DNA of 45,878 bases, taken from IMG/VR virus record IMGVR_UViG_3300046103_002528, positions 1 to 45,878 of that record; one strand, 5' to 3'. A model generated the notes under the pieces. That model did no database searches. It had not been told where the DNA came from and saw nothing but the letters and a program-made list of their open reading frames with translations. The translations under genes and the position numbers were made by a program. Below, piece by piece: positions 35,086 through 44,659 of this stretch. Numbering within the stretch: the stretch's first letter is position 1; each line of letters opens with the position of its first letter. The DNA comes from a virus (Duplodnaviria; Caudoviricetes).

Positions 35086-35503
35086 CTATTTTATTCTTAA
35101 CCTTTTTCCAATACCCGTCCGTTGCCGTTTTCTTGTAACCATTAGGGCCGCCGTTGTGAATCCTTGCAAGGTCTTCGTTAGTCGGAGTCCTTCCAAGTCT
35201 ACTCATTATACCATACCTATTCCAGTAAGCAAGTACAATCTTCTCTGCATATTCGGGATTAAAACAATCTTTGTATTCGCCGGCGATGGAAGGGTCGAAC
35301 TCTACTGCGTCTTTCCAGTAGATTTCCCAAATCTGATATACGCCGATTGCATTTCCGTTATCGCCAACTGCATCTGGGTTGTTGTTTGATTCGACCTCCC
35401 GAATCGCCTCTAGCAAGTCTTGATGCGTATTCGAAGTTATCGAACTAGCGTAGAGAGAAGAGGCGATTGAGAGAAAAGCGAATGCGATAAGAGTAATCTT
35501 CAT
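35078..35503 (-). CDS. Lysozyme-like (destabilase/i-type-like) muramidase with signal peptide
   Basis: AI..VES...GD.G...G.YQI...YW.DA...ARIHNGGP.G; start MKITLIAFAF. Confidence 0.85.
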   Translation of the reverse strand: MKITLIAFAFLSIASSLYASSITSNTHQDLLEAIREVESNNNPDAVGDNGNAIGVYQIWEIYWKDAVEFDPSIAGEYKDCFNPEYAEKIVLAYWNRYGIMSRLGRTPTNEDLARIHNGGPNGYKKTATDGYWKKVKNKIDE

Positions 35504-35509
35504 ACGCAC

Positions 35510-35538
35510 ATTGTACCAAAAATCAAGTGATTTGTCAA
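35510..35538 (-). promoter_or_regulatory. Sigma70-type promoter, leaderless transcript
   Basis: TTGACA (35538-35533), 17 nt, TACAAT (35515-35510), 6 nt, then ATG 35503. Confidence 0.8.
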
Positions 35539-35849
35539 TCTTTAGTTGAAACGTATCCGTCGAATAAAATACAGTAGTTGATAATATCGACGATGGCATC
35601 GTGGTAACTCTCATTGTCTACCTTCAATTCGCCAGCACTAGCAAATGTAGAAAGTCGAGATAATTTGTCACAAAGTCGGACTAAAAAGCCTTGTTCTGTA
35701 GAGCAAATTCCCATATCTTCTGAGCGAGTGAAATTCGCAAAGGGAGAATCTCCATTCTCGCCGGCGTAGTCGTGATTCTTCTTTTCCATAATGGCTAAGG
35801 CTTCACTGCAAATTTCTTTATGTCGCTGAAATAGTTCTTTACGATTCAT
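35535..35849 (-). CDS. DUF1599 / nucleotide-modification-associated domain protein
   Basis: KKNHDYAG...FANF...RL.DKLSRL...ES..D...D..NY. Confidence 0.8.
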   Translation of the reverse strand: MNRKELFQRHKEICSEALAIMEKKNHDYAGENGDSPFANFTRSEDMGICSTEQGFLVRLCDKLSRLSTFASAGELKVDNESYHDAIVDIINYCILFDGYVSTKD

Positions 35850-36355
35850 TATTTAATTCCTGTACTGCCAAAGCCACCCACTCGTTCAGTAGTTTGACCT
35901 GGCTTTTCAAAAGTTTCCCAGACATCTGCTGGATTGTTTTCTACAAGTTCGCCCTGTGCGACCCGTTCATTGTCTTCAATATAAACTGTATCCGCCGATG
36001 CATTATACAACATAACAAATGTTTCGTGGTGGTAATCGCTGTCGATGATACCTTCACCATTTGGCATAATCAGTCCCTTCTTAAGAGAAACACTTGACCT
36101 TGCGTGTAGTCTCATCGAAATCCCAAAAGGAATTCTGAAGATGAGTCCTGTTGGGACGAGTACTCTTTCGCCGGGATTTAGTGCAATTCTTCCATCTAGT
36201 GGTAGAAGTTCTGCTTTCTTGTTGTTCATTCCATATACAATAACAGGAATAGTCGGCTTGATGTATGCGTGTACATCAAAGCAGGCGGAACCAATTGTTG
36301 CAATTTGGGGCAATGTTGCATCTTCGTGAATGCGATAACATTCTAATCTAATCAT
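35849..36355 (-). CDS. dut: dUTPase
   Basis: ACFD, VPTGL, ARS, GIIDSDY, RVAQ, RVGGFGSTG. Confidence 0.95.
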   Translation of the reverse strand: MIRLECYRIHEDATLPQIATIGSACFDVHAYIKPTIPVIVYGMNNKKAELLPLDGRIALNPGERVLVPTGLIFRIPFGISMRLHARSSVSLKKGLIMPNGEGIIDSDYHHETFVMLYNASADTVYIEDNERVAQGELVENNPADVWETFEKPGQTTERVGGFGSTGIK

Positions 36356-36373
36356 AATAAAAATACCTTTGGG

Positions 36374-36484
36374 TTAAACAGTTTTCACAATTACTATTCT
36401 ATCATCTTTTTGCTTAATTACAATAGTGTTCTTGGATGTTATTGTAATTTTTGGTGGTTTGGGTTGTCTAACTAGAAGTTTCAT
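36374..36484 (-). CDS. Small hypothetical peptide (36 aa)
   Basis: MKLLVRQPKPPKITITSKN...; ATGA overlap with the upstream gene. Confidence 0.4.
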   Translation of the reverse strand: MKLLVRQPKPPKITITSKNTIVIKQKDDRIVIVKTV

Positions 36485-36942
36485 CTTGTGACTTCACCTT
36501 CTACTTCAAACCTACCTTTAAGAATCTTATTTACATCTGTTCCAGTTGTAAGTTCTAGGTCATAAACGTGCTTACCTGCGGGGACATTCTTCATAGTATC
36601 TGCATCAATTAGAATATAGATACCACCTGTTGTTCCACTGGCACCTCCCCATCCAACAGTAGAACCATTCATTGTGATTCCACTGTATATGTGTCCCCAA
36701 GAACCACCACCAGAAGCGGCAGAAACTCCAGCAGTATATTCACCAGTACTTCCGCCTCCAGTAACTCCACCACTATTGGAAATATCTAGAAGTAAATCTG
36801 TATCGATGGTTGACCTTCGTACCTGCATAGAAGCAGAGTAACTGCTCAAATCAATAGCAGTACCTGCACTATCCTGATAAGTCAAATGAAAGACAAAGGT
36901 GGAACCTTGGTCAACTGAGATGTCATAGTTTCCTGATTTCAT
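36481..36942 (-). CDS. Putative virion structural (Ig-like/baseplate-wedge-type) protein
   Basis: YDISVDQGSTF...DLSSYSA.MQVR...YDLEL...ILKG.F.V..EVTR pattern, with a Gly/Thr-rich insert. Confidence 0.75.
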   Translation of the reverse strand: MKSGNYDISVDQGSTFVFHLTYQDSAGTAIDLSSYSASMQVRRSTIDTDLLLDISNSGGVTGGGSTGEYTAGVSAASGGGSWGHIYSGITMNGSTVGWGGASGTTGGIYILIDADTMKNVPAGKHVYDLELTTGTDVNKILKGRFEVEGEVTR

Positions 36943-36949
36943 ATACTAT

Positions 36950-38269
36950 CTATGCCTTTTGCTTTCTCTTCTTTTTGTCTTTTTGTTGTTTTGCTCGTTT
37001 CTCGTCTGCCTTTTTACGAGCAACCGCTCTCTCTTCTTTTTCCTTTTCTAGTCGCTCATTACGAGTAGATTCAATCTCAGCATTCATTTTAGCATTCTGC
37101 GCCTGGTGTTCTTCAAATTGTTGTTGCTGTTCTGCCATCTTCATCTGGTACTGTTCAAGATTTCCCATAATTCTTCCTCTTTCGGATTCGGGGAATTTAT
37201 TTTCCTTGAGGAGTTTCATACAAGCATCATAGCCTTCTTGGAACTTACCAACATAGAATGCTGTGGAACTAATTTCGTCATCAATTTGCCAGTCCCAAAC
37301 TTCGTTTGCGAGGAACAGAATATCTTGATGCGGGAAAGGTATTGCTTGTGCCTGCTTTGCAAAGAGATATCCCAGTCGTGGGTGACCAGACAAACGATAA
37401 ATTCTAGCAATCTGATAGATAGGTTCTGCACGAACAGGACGATAGTTCCAAGCAGACAAGAAGTACTGCATTGTCTTTTCCCACGGGTCTTCCTGAAGAC
37501 TACTGCAAATGGCAACACGGAACAGAGAATAGAAAACTTCTTCTTCCCATCCGCCCAGTTCTGCTCGTTTAATGTACCACTCTGATGCTTCTGCCCATTG
37601 CTTCGAATCGAAGTAACTTTGTGCAATGTAGAAATGGTATCTAGTATTATCTGGTTCGTAGTTTGGGTCATCTTTATTTGTTAGACAACTAAGAAACAAT
37701 TCTGCATCTTTCTTGTATTTGTCTATTGGTTCAATGCCAACATTTCTTGCACCCATTGTTCTAGCATCAACGTGATAACCTTCTGAGTTTAGTCTACCTT
37801 GCTTAAGAGAATTGTCTGCTTGCTTAGTGGGGTTCTCTGCGTATTCGTGGAGTACACCAGTATACACCCAATTTCCGTCCAACTTGAATATTTGGTTTCT
37901 CCACCAAGTGAAATCACCACGCTTAATACGGAGAGAATAAGCATCCAAATCAATATCTTCTGGAAAGGTGAATTCGCCTTGCATTGTATCATCAGCATCA
38001 ATTACCCAACCATAATCTGCTCCGCCTTTTTCAGCGTTGCGGAGAGATTGGGTTCGTGATTTTCCGAATCCATCCCATTCGTGGTCGTAGACTTCGCCAG
38101 GAATTCCCTTCTCTTTAAAGAACTCCTTGATTATTTCTTTTGTTGTGTCTGTCGAACCAGTATCAGTAATGTCATACCTGTCGATATAAGGAGCCATAGA
38201 CTCCAGACATTCCTTGATAATGTGTTCTTCGTTTTTCACAATCATAACTAATGATTTTGTCTTTGCCAT
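36950..38269 (-). CDS. GT2 glycosyltransferase with TPR region
   Basis: MIVKNEE, DTGSTD, IDADD, GVLHE; FYIAQSY...GGWEEE...RP.RAEP TPR-like region. Confidence 0.9.
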   Translation of the reverse strand: MAKTKSLVMIVKNEEHIIKECLESMAPYIDRYDITDTGSTDTTKEIIKEFFKEKGIPGEVYDHEWDGFGKSRTQSLRNAEKGGADYGWVIDADDTMQGEFTFPEDIDLDAYSLRIKRGDFTWWRNQIFKLDGNWVYTGVLHEYAENPTKQADNSLKQGRLNSEGYHVDARTMGARNVGIEPIDKYKKDAELFLSCLTNKDDPNYEPDNTRYHFYIAQSYFDSKQWAEASEWYIKRAELGGWEEEVFYSLFRVAICSSLQEDPWEKTMQYFLSAWNYRPVRAEPIYQIARIYRLSGHPRLGYLFAKQAQAIPFPHQDILFLANEVWDWQIDDEISSTAFYVGKFQEGYDACMKLLKENKFPESERGRIMGNLEQYQMKMAEQQQQFEEHQAQNAKMNAEIESTRNERLEKEKEERAVARKKADEKRAKQQKDKKKRKQKA

Positions 38270-38313
38270 ATTATACAATGCTCCGTGTTGGGTTTATTAT
38301 AACATAATAATTG

Positions 38314-39294
38314 TTATATTAAATTATATTCTTTCATAATTGAATAGATTCTTTGGGATGATTGTCCATCACCGAATGGACACTCTGTTTTATTTAGGTG
38401 AGTTTTTATCATCTTATGAAAAGATGATATGAGTATGTTAGGCTCACTAACAAGTGTCTGGTTTGGGGAAGGCCGTTCTGTGTGTTTTCTGCATACCAGA
38501 ATCCTCTTACCATAAAAACTTGCTTCTTCTTGAATTCCTCCACTATCTGTAATTACCATACTACTCCTTGCTAGAAGGTATAGAAGGTCTTTATGTTCGA
38601 GAGGTTTTACTATATTTACTTTGTCCAATACATCCGCCGCTTGCACCACCTTTGGGTTTGGGTGGAGAGGCAGAACGAATTCATAATCGGGATAGTAGTT
38701 TGCCAACAGTTCTATTGCCGCGAACCATCTTCTCATATGTTCGTGGTTTTCTCTTCTGTGCATTGTCACAAGTACAAGTTTATCCTCGGTCACTTCCAGT
38801 TCTGGTAGTGTGTCTATAACTGTATTTCCAGTTATGGAGATATTGCTTCTTCTTTCTCGTACTAGATTATCAAAATCTGTCTGGGTTGGAGCATAGTGGT
38901 AACTTGCAATCGAAGATATCATTTGTCGATACGACTCTTCTGGATATGGATTTTCTGTATCAAAAGTTCTCAGTCCTGCTTCGATATGTGACACAGGGAT
39001 TCCCATATTGAACGCGGAAAGAGCGACTGCGAATGCAGAGGCGGTATCTCCCTGAACAATAACGTGCTTTGCGTCAAAGAATATTTCAGAGTTTAGAATG
39101 GTAGAAACAATATGATTCAGTCTGTTGTTTGGATTATCTCCAATATCAATCTTGACATCATATTCAAACTCGCCAATATCTTTCTGTTGTCCAGTAAATA
39201 CAACTTTAACATCGTGCTTGTTTTCTTTCAGGATTTTGATGAGTGGTTTAAGTTTAATCCACTCTGGTCTAGTGCCGTATGCTACTAAATTCAT
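38314..39294 (-). CDS. wecB: UDP-N-acetylglucosamine 2-epimerase
   Basis: GTRPE, VQGDT, HIEAGLR, PYPEE, HRREN, TDSGGIQEEA. Confidence 0.93.
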   Translation of the reverse strand: MNLVAYGTRPEWIKLKPLIKILKENKHDVKVVFTGQQKDIGEFEYDVKIDIGDNPNNRLNHIVSTILNSEIFFDAKHVIVQGDTASAFAVALSAFNMGIPVSHIEAGLRTFDTENPYPEESYRQMISSIASYHYAPTQTDFDNLVRERRSNISITGNTVIDTLPELEVTEDKLVLVTMHRRENHEHMRRWFAAIELLANYYPDYEFVLPLHPNPKVVQAADVLDKVNIVKPLEHKDLLYLLARSSMVITDSGGIQEEASFYGKRILVCRKHTERPSPNQTLVSEPNILISSFHKMIKTHLNKTECPFGDGQSSQRIYSIMKEYNLI

Positions 39295-40210
39295 AGTCTA
39301 CAATTTCCTTTAGTTCATCTTTAAAATTACTAGAAACAGTATATCCAAGATTGTTTAATTTCTTCGGTGTAATTGAATACTTGAAGTCGTGACCTGGTCT
39401 ATCTTCAACATATTCTATACAATCCTCCACTCGTCTTCCTAGAATGTCACATACTGATTGCACCACATTCATATTTTCAGTATGGAATTCAGATGATATA
39501 TTATAGATTTCATTCATTCCCGAATTCTCTAAAATGAATCTTGTTGCCTTTGCCGTTTCTCTTGCGTGTGTCCATTCCCGAATCTGGTCACCCTTACCAT
39601 ACACTGGAATTTTTTCGTCTGCTTTTAGTTTTCTGATAATGGTAGGTAAAAACTTCTCGTCGTGTTGACGAAGACCAAAGTTGTTGGAAGGTCGAACAAT
39701 AATATGCTCTGTTCCATATGTGTTTCTATATGCTTCAATCATATGGTCGGCGGCAGCCTTTGTAGCAGAATATGGATTCTTCGGTGCTATGTTGCTTCGT
39801 TCTGTGAATGCACGATTTACAGCAACTCCATACACTTCGTCCGTAGAAAAGTGAAGAAGTTTTGCTCCTGTTTCTCTACAAGTATCCAGTAGACTTTTTG
39901 TTCCTTGAATATTTGTCTTAACAAATACATCAGACGATTCTATTGAATTATCAACGTGCGTTTCGGCTGCCAGATTAATTATCCAATCTATGTTATTCAC
40001 TTTCACCAAATGTTTCATATGAGATGGTATCGTAATACAGGAAGGCGAAAACGAGAAATTAGGATTGTCTAAAAAGGAATTCAAACTTTCTCTATTGCCT
40101 GCATAGGTCATCTTGTCTACACCGTAAACCTTATAGCCTGCATTCAAAAATTCTTCGGTAACATAACTTCCGATGAACCCTGCACAGCCTGTAATCATTA
40201 CATTTTTCAT
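39269..40210 (-). CDS. rfbB: dTDP-glucose 4,6-dehydratase
   Basis: TGCAGFIGS, DKMTYAG, AAETHVD.SI, STDEVYG, YSATK, DRPGHD. Confidence 0.92.
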   Translation of the reverse strand: MKNVMITGCAGFIGSYVTEEFLNAGYKVYGVDKMTYAGNRESLNSFLDNPNFSFSPSCITIPSHMKHLVKVNNIDWIINLAAETHVDNSIESSDVFVKTNIQGTKSLLDTCRETGAKLLHFSTDEVYGVAVNRAFTERSNIAPKNPYSATKAAADHMIEAYRNTYGTEHIIVRPSNNFGLRQHDEKFLPTIIRKLKADEKIPVYGKGDQIREWTHARETAKATRFILENSGMNEIYNISSEFHTENMNVVQSVCDILGRRVEDCIEYVEDRPGHDFKYSITPKKLNNLGYTVSSNFKDELKEIVDYEFSSIRH

Positions 40211-40647
40211 TCTGATGCCCTTTTCACGATGTCTGGGTTTTGCTTGATAGTTTGAACGGTAATTAAATCTTTGAGTCTTGTAGTGGACCATTCGTGACAG
40301 CGAGTTGTGTAAATTACCTTTGGTGGTAAATCATCACCCGTAAAGGATTTTCCAATATAGTCCTCGCCCAAGATACGAATATCAGGCTTAAAGAATTCAA
40401 TCAACTTATAGAGTTCTTCTTCGCTCTGATACATATACACTTCATCGACATACTGAATTGCCATTAGAGTCTTGTATCTTTCGTAATACGAAATGACAGG
40501 CGCATATTTATTATTTCTACCCGCCGCATAAGAGTCTTTCTGAAGAAACACAATAAACTTATCACAGTGTTTTCTTGCTTCTTCAAAGGTATAGATGTAG
40601 CCTGGATGAAGTACATCAAAATTTCCTGCTGTAAATCCTACTTTCAT
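40207..40647 (-). CDS. Cytidylyltransferase (TagD-like)
   Basis: GFTAGNFDVLHPGY, YVDEV, RILGEDY, WSTT. Confidence 0.85.
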   Translation of the reverse strand: MKVGFTAGNFDVLHPGYIYTFEEARKHCDKFIVFLQKDSYAAGRNNKYAPVISYYERYKTLMAIQYVDEVYMYQSEEELYKLIEFFKPDIRILGEDYIGKSFTGDDLPPKVIYTTRCHEWSTTRLKDLITVQTIKQNPDIVKRASE

Positions 40648-40656
40648 ATTTTCACC

Positions 40657-41610
40657 TCACTGATTTGTAAACAACTTATTGTTGTATGAAATTATTTGGT
40701 ACGCTTCAATCAATTCTTTAATACCATACTCTAGTTCTACTGTAGGATACCATCCGAGAGATTCAAGTTTATCGTTACTTACAATGTAGTTTCTCTTGTC
40801 TGGGTCATTGTCAATATCAGATTCCAGAATAGAGAAGTTTGGAATGCATTTTTTAATAGCCTCACATAGTTCCATCTTCGAAAGATTAGCACTACTGAGT
40901 CCCACATTAAAAGACTCGCCTCTCATTTCATCATAGTGGTCAATGGCAAATATCATTGCACCAACCACATCCTTAACGTGAATGAAATTTCTCTTAAAGG
41001 AACTTTCGAAAAGAACAATGTATTTATCTGTGCAGGCTTTATATGTAAAGTCATTTACAAGCAAGTCTAGTCTCATTCGTTCTGATATTCCAAATACAGT
41101 TGCAAGACGAAGACAAACCGCGTCTGCTGTTTCTTTAAGATAATTCTCTGCGTTTACTTTTGTTGTACCATAGAGACTCAAAGGAGCGAGTGGAGTATTC
41201 TCGTCACAATATACAAGTTCGCCATCCTTCATTTCTCCGATTCCATACCCAGAGTTTGTGGTTGGGAATATAATCTTCTTTTCTTTTCCAGCAACATCAG
41301 CAATATGTTTTACTGCTTCCTCGTTGACTTGAACCGCGGCTCTTTCGTCCTTCTTACAAGCAGGCATTCCTACAAGACAAGCAAGTGGAATTATAATGTC
41401 GTGTTCTTCTATGAGAGGGTCAATCAAATCATAGTCTCTAACATCTCCCATAATGAATTTGAAATGGGGATTAGAACAATGTGTAGTAAGTGTCGTCTGC
41501 CTGTACATAAGATTATCTACAACAGTAACCCTGTATCCCTTCTCCAATAGTGTAGGGACAAGAGTTGTTCCAATATATCCTGCTCCGCCTGTTATTAATA
41601 CATTTTTCAT
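40657..41610 (-). CDS. NAD-dependent epimerase/dehydratase
   Basis: TGGAGYIG, YGTTK, RLATVFG.S.RMRLDL. Confidence 0.9.
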   Translation of the reverse strand: MKNVLITGGAGYIGTTLVPTLLEKGYRVTVVDNLMYRQTTLTTHCSNPHFKFIMGDVRDYDLIDPLIEEHDIIIPLACLVGMPACKKDERAAVQVNEEAVKHIADVAGKEKKIIFPTTNSGYGIGEMKDGELVYCDENTPLAPLSLYGTTKVNAENYLKETADAVCLRLATVFGISERMRLDLLVNDFTYKACTDKYIVLFESSFKRNFIHVKDVVGAMIFAIDHYDEMRGESFNVGLSSANLSKMELCEAIKKCIPNFSILESDIDNDPDKRNYIVSNDKLESLGWYPTVELEYGIKELIEAYQIISYNNKLFTNQ

Positions 41611-41816
41611 TTTAGCACCTTTCCGTATGGAATTGCATTCCAAATTCTTTCGTAAAAAAAGTAAACAAAGAAGCCAGTGATATTCATAAAGATGGCATTC
41701 CAGATATGTTCTTGTGATATTGTTGCATATAAAATAATAAAACTATTTAATGTTGCAAACAGTCTCCACAGTACTGTCTTTATGATTGTCCTTAACTTAG
41801 TCTCTTTGTACATCAA
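41607..41816 (-). CDS. DUF2061-like small membrane protein
   Basis: ET..RT..KT..WR...YFFYERIW..I.YG. Confidence 0.75.
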   Translation of the reverse strand: MMYKETKLRTIIKTVLWRLFATLNSFIILYATISQEHIWNAIFMNITGFFVYFFYERIWNAIPYGKVLK

Positions 41817-42204
41817 TTATTCCTGTTGTGGAGTATTCTGGTATTCTATCGAAATATAATATTTCTCCAGAGTATTCTTCTCCCACAATTGGAAGGTTTC
41901 TATAGTCGCCACCTATTACTCTACCAACTGGGCGAAACGCTTTCAGGTGAGAAATCAATTCTTCGTCGCTGTCGAACGTCACCACACCTTTAACATATTT
42001 AATAGAACGGATTAGTTCCATTCTATCTTCTAGTTTATTTAGGGGACGAGAATTTCCCTTTGCTTGTCTTACTCTTTCGTCTGTATCTAGCCCCACCACT
42101 ACTCTTCCGCCTAAAGTACTAGCATATTTAAACATTTCAATATGACCTCGATGTAAAATATCGAAACAACCATTTATCCATACAGTAGCATAATTTTCAA
42201 ACAA
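41797..42204 (-). CDS. RfaE domain II-like (HldC) sugar-1-phosphate adenylyl/cytidylyltransferase
   Basis: NGCFDILHRGH, KG..RP.N, GGDY, YSTT; probable TTG start at 42204 after AGGAG. Confidence 0.85.
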   Translation of the reverse strand: MFENYATVWINGCFDILHRGHIEMFKYASTLGGRVVVGLDTDERVRQAKGNSRPLNKLEDRMELIRSIKYVKGVVTFDSDEELISHLKAFRPVGRVIGGDYRNLPIVGEEYSGEILYFDRIPEYSTTGIIDVQRD

Positions 42205-42580
42205 CTTGACTGTCTCCTCTCTCGACTCTATAACTATCTTCGTCGAAGTGTGTAGTGGATACCTCAAAAATTACTGCATCGCTGAGTGCTTCCACTTGAT
42301 GTGGTTCGCCTGGTCGGTTTCGAATTACATCTCCTGCTCGTAATACTTCTTGTTTCTTGGAGGCATCTGTGGTATCAATCCAATTGAGTCGAATGGTGCC
42401 TTCCGCAAGATACCAAGTTTCATCCTTCTTCATATGAAAGTGCATACTGAATCTTGCTCCCTTATTGAAGCGTAAAAGTTTACCACAATACATTTCATTG
42501 TTGGCAAAGATTACTTCACTTCCCCAACCTTTCTCTATAATTTCTGGTTGTTCTTTTTTTGTAGTGTTTGTTTTTTTCAT
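42197..42580 (-). CDS. Cupin (sugar-phosphate isomerase-like)
   Basis: KGWG.E...YCGK...SMHFH..KDETW...H...FEVST.H...DSYR. Confidence 0.85.
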   Translation of the reverse strand: MKKTNTTKKEQPEIIEKGWGSEVIFANNEMYCGKLLRFNKGARFSMHFHMKKDETWYLAEGTIRLNWIDTTDASKKQEVLRAGDVIRNRPGEPHQVEALSDAVIFEVSTTHFDEDSYRVERGDSQVV

Positions 42581-43329
42581 AAATGTTCACCTACTTTATT
42601 GACACCTCTGTGTTGAACTACAATAGAAGCATATTCATTTCCTTTGTCTATTGCAGATTGCACATCGTTTGTTTTTATATAATCAGAAACAAATCCAGTC
42701 AGGAAGGTATCCCCTGCACCAGCAAGGTCTTTAACCTCTACAGACTCTACGGGATAAGGTTTCCCTTTATATACACATCCTTTTTCGCTCAATGTAACTA
42801 TTAGTTTATCCTCGAAAGGAAAACTACACTCATCGAGTAAGTGTTTTGTCTGATTGTATTCGTATTCATTTATCTTTATGAATTTGATGTCTTTGCAATA
42901 TTCTCCTAATTTCTTTTTAGTATCCATCATTACCAAAGAATGATTTTGTGAGATGAATTCTATGTCTTCCTCTAGAAGATAACCGTGGTCATAATCTGAA
43001 ATAATTATAGCAGAATACGAAGCAAAATCAATGTTTAAATCTTTTATTCTTTTTACTGTTCTTCCGTGGGAATCTACTCTCATCACACAATGATTTGTTC
43101 TGTATTCGACATACCTTGTCTTTGTGATTTCTTCTTTGTTGGTAATCAACTCACAAGGTTCGTTTATTGAAATCAAATTGTCGTATACATTTCTAGCCAT
43201 ACCTCCATTGTGGGTATGATGTAGTGGTTCAAATACAGGAACAGGTCCTTCAGGAGCAAGTCGGTCGCATTTTCCATAAATGTAAATATCAAGGCAGGAA
43301 TCGCCTATCACCAATATCTTTTTCACCAA
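42577..43329 (-). CDS. RfaE domain I-like (HldA) PfkB sugar kinase
   Basis: LVIGD..LD.Y..G...R..PE.PVPV, ISDY..G, D..GAGDTF. Confidence 0.88.
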   Translation of the reverse strand: MVKKILVIGDSCLDIYIYGKCDRLAPEGPVPVFEPLHHTHNGGMARNVYDNLISINEPCELITNKEEITKTRYVEYRTNHCVMRVDSHGRTVKRIKDLNIDFASYSAIIISDYDHGYLLEEDIEFISQNHSLVMMDTKKKLGEYCKDIKFIKINEYEYNQTKHLLDECSFPFEDKLIVTLSEKGCVYKGKPYPVESVEVKDLAGAGDTFLTGFVSDYIKTNDVQSAIDKGNEYASIVVQHRGVNKVGEHL

Positions 43330-43718
43330 CTAATCTCCCAGTCCTTAAACTCACTCGCAAGACAATCTATCTTATAGTCCTGTCTTCCGCCAATCATTTC
43401 TTGTATTTTGTTTTTGGCAGTATTGCGAATTCCATTTAGTCCGTGAGTCAAACTTAAGTCTGCTCCTTCTTGCCCGTTTCTGCAAGCAGACTCATTGTGC
43501 CATATATGAAGATTCATCTGAGACAAAATAATTATGTCTCGAATCATATTTGCGTCAGGTTTATGTTCCTTCATTAACAAATCAATATCGTGAAGTATTA
43601 ATTGAATCTCTTCAGCATATTCTTCTTTGTGTTCTGGAATGAAGACTTCTTTAAGTTGAGTAATGCTCAACCTGTCAATCAACTCCGATAGTGTCGGTAA
43701 ATACTTTCTGTCTTTCAT
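43323..43718 (-). CDS. Hypothetical protein often found in sugar clusters
   Basis: LSELIDRLSI.QLKE...N..IWH.E...R...N..R...KN.I helical pattern. Confidence 0.7.
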   Translation of the reverse strand: MKDRKYLPTLSELIDRLSITQLKEVFIPEHKEEYAEEIQLILHDIDLLMKEHKPDANMIRDIIILSQMNLHIWHNESACRNGQEGADLSLTHGLNGIRNTAKNKIQEMIGGRQDYKIDCLASEFKDWEISW

Positions 43719-43852
43719 TTCCAAAATCTCCAAAAATAAAGTTTAGGTTTCTCTGCGTACCAGTCTAGATTGGGACAATTTTTTAGCAAGATAAAGTAAT
43801 ACAATCTTTGTGTAAATAAACCAAACAAAAATCCCAGTGCAAATTCTACCAT
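43715..43852 (-). CDS. Small hydrophobic peptide (45 aa)
   Basis: MVEFALGFLFGLFTQRLYY...; fills the gap with ATGA coupling. Confidence 0.45.
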   Translation of the reverse strand: MVEFALGFLFGLFTQRLYYFILLKNCPNLDWYAEKPKLYFWRFWK

Positions 43853-44659
43853 CTATTCGTTCCACATATTATAGTAAAAATTACCTTGACCCACTTGGGA
43901 CTGAAGGTTTGTATTGATGAATGTTACATTGTCGCCTCTGTTATGTTCTACGAATCCATTATCTCTCATCCATTCTCTAAACTTACTATGTTCTTTAACG
44001 CCTTCCCAGTGTGTTTTATTTGATTCTGACAATTCGCTTGTTATCAATAAAACCCTATCTAAGTATTTTCCTATACTTTGAACAACATCAAAATCTTTTC
44101 CTTCGCAATCTGTTTTTATGTGTTCAATATAAGGAAATCTTTCCCAATCAATGTGGTCGAGTATTTTTTCTAAACTTACTACTGGTACTGTTAGTTCTTC
44201 TTCTACAAAATGGGGGTGTTCAGAACTTGGCTTTAATAAACTAGATGAACCAGAAGCGCCCATTTTTTTATCCATTTTATAGAATGTTTTTTTCTCTATG
44301 CTTTTCACATTATCGATTGCACATTCTATTCCCAAAAATCGTTCTCCTATTGAACTGACATTTTTCCCTTGATATTTTACCACTCCTTCTTCAAGTTGGA
44401 CTACTGGTATATGGTCTGGCCAAGGTCTAGGGGTATTAGCGGTAGCAAAGTTTGTTATCATTTTCCAATGATAATTTAAAGGTTCTATTCCTACTACAAA
44501 TCTATCGGTAGTTTCGGCCAACCATACTCCAGAATTAACCGCCTCGCCAGCAAGTCCGACATCAAAACAAATTTGTTTCATTTTATCTGGTACTGTGATT
44601 TTGATATCTTCTTTTAGGGGGTTTATAATGTTTACCATTGTGTTCTTATTCCTTTTCAA
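43853..44659 (-). CDS. FkbM-like methyltransferase
   Basis: FDVG, GIEP, GSSSL, IKTDCEG.DF.V. Confidence 0.75.
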   Translation of the reverse strand: MKRNKNTMVNIINPLKEDIKITVPDKMKQICFDVGLAGEAVNSGVWLAETTDRFVVGIEPLNYHWKMITNFATANTPRPWPDHIPVVQLEEGVVKYQGKNVSSIGERFLGIECAIDNVKSIEKKTFYKMDKKMGASGSSSLLKPSSEHPHFVEEELTVPVVSLEKILDHIDWERFPYIEHIKTDCEGKDFDVVQSIGKYLDRVLLITSELSESNKTHWEGVKEHSKFREWMRDNGFVEHNRGDNVTFINTNLQSQVGQGNFYYNMWNE

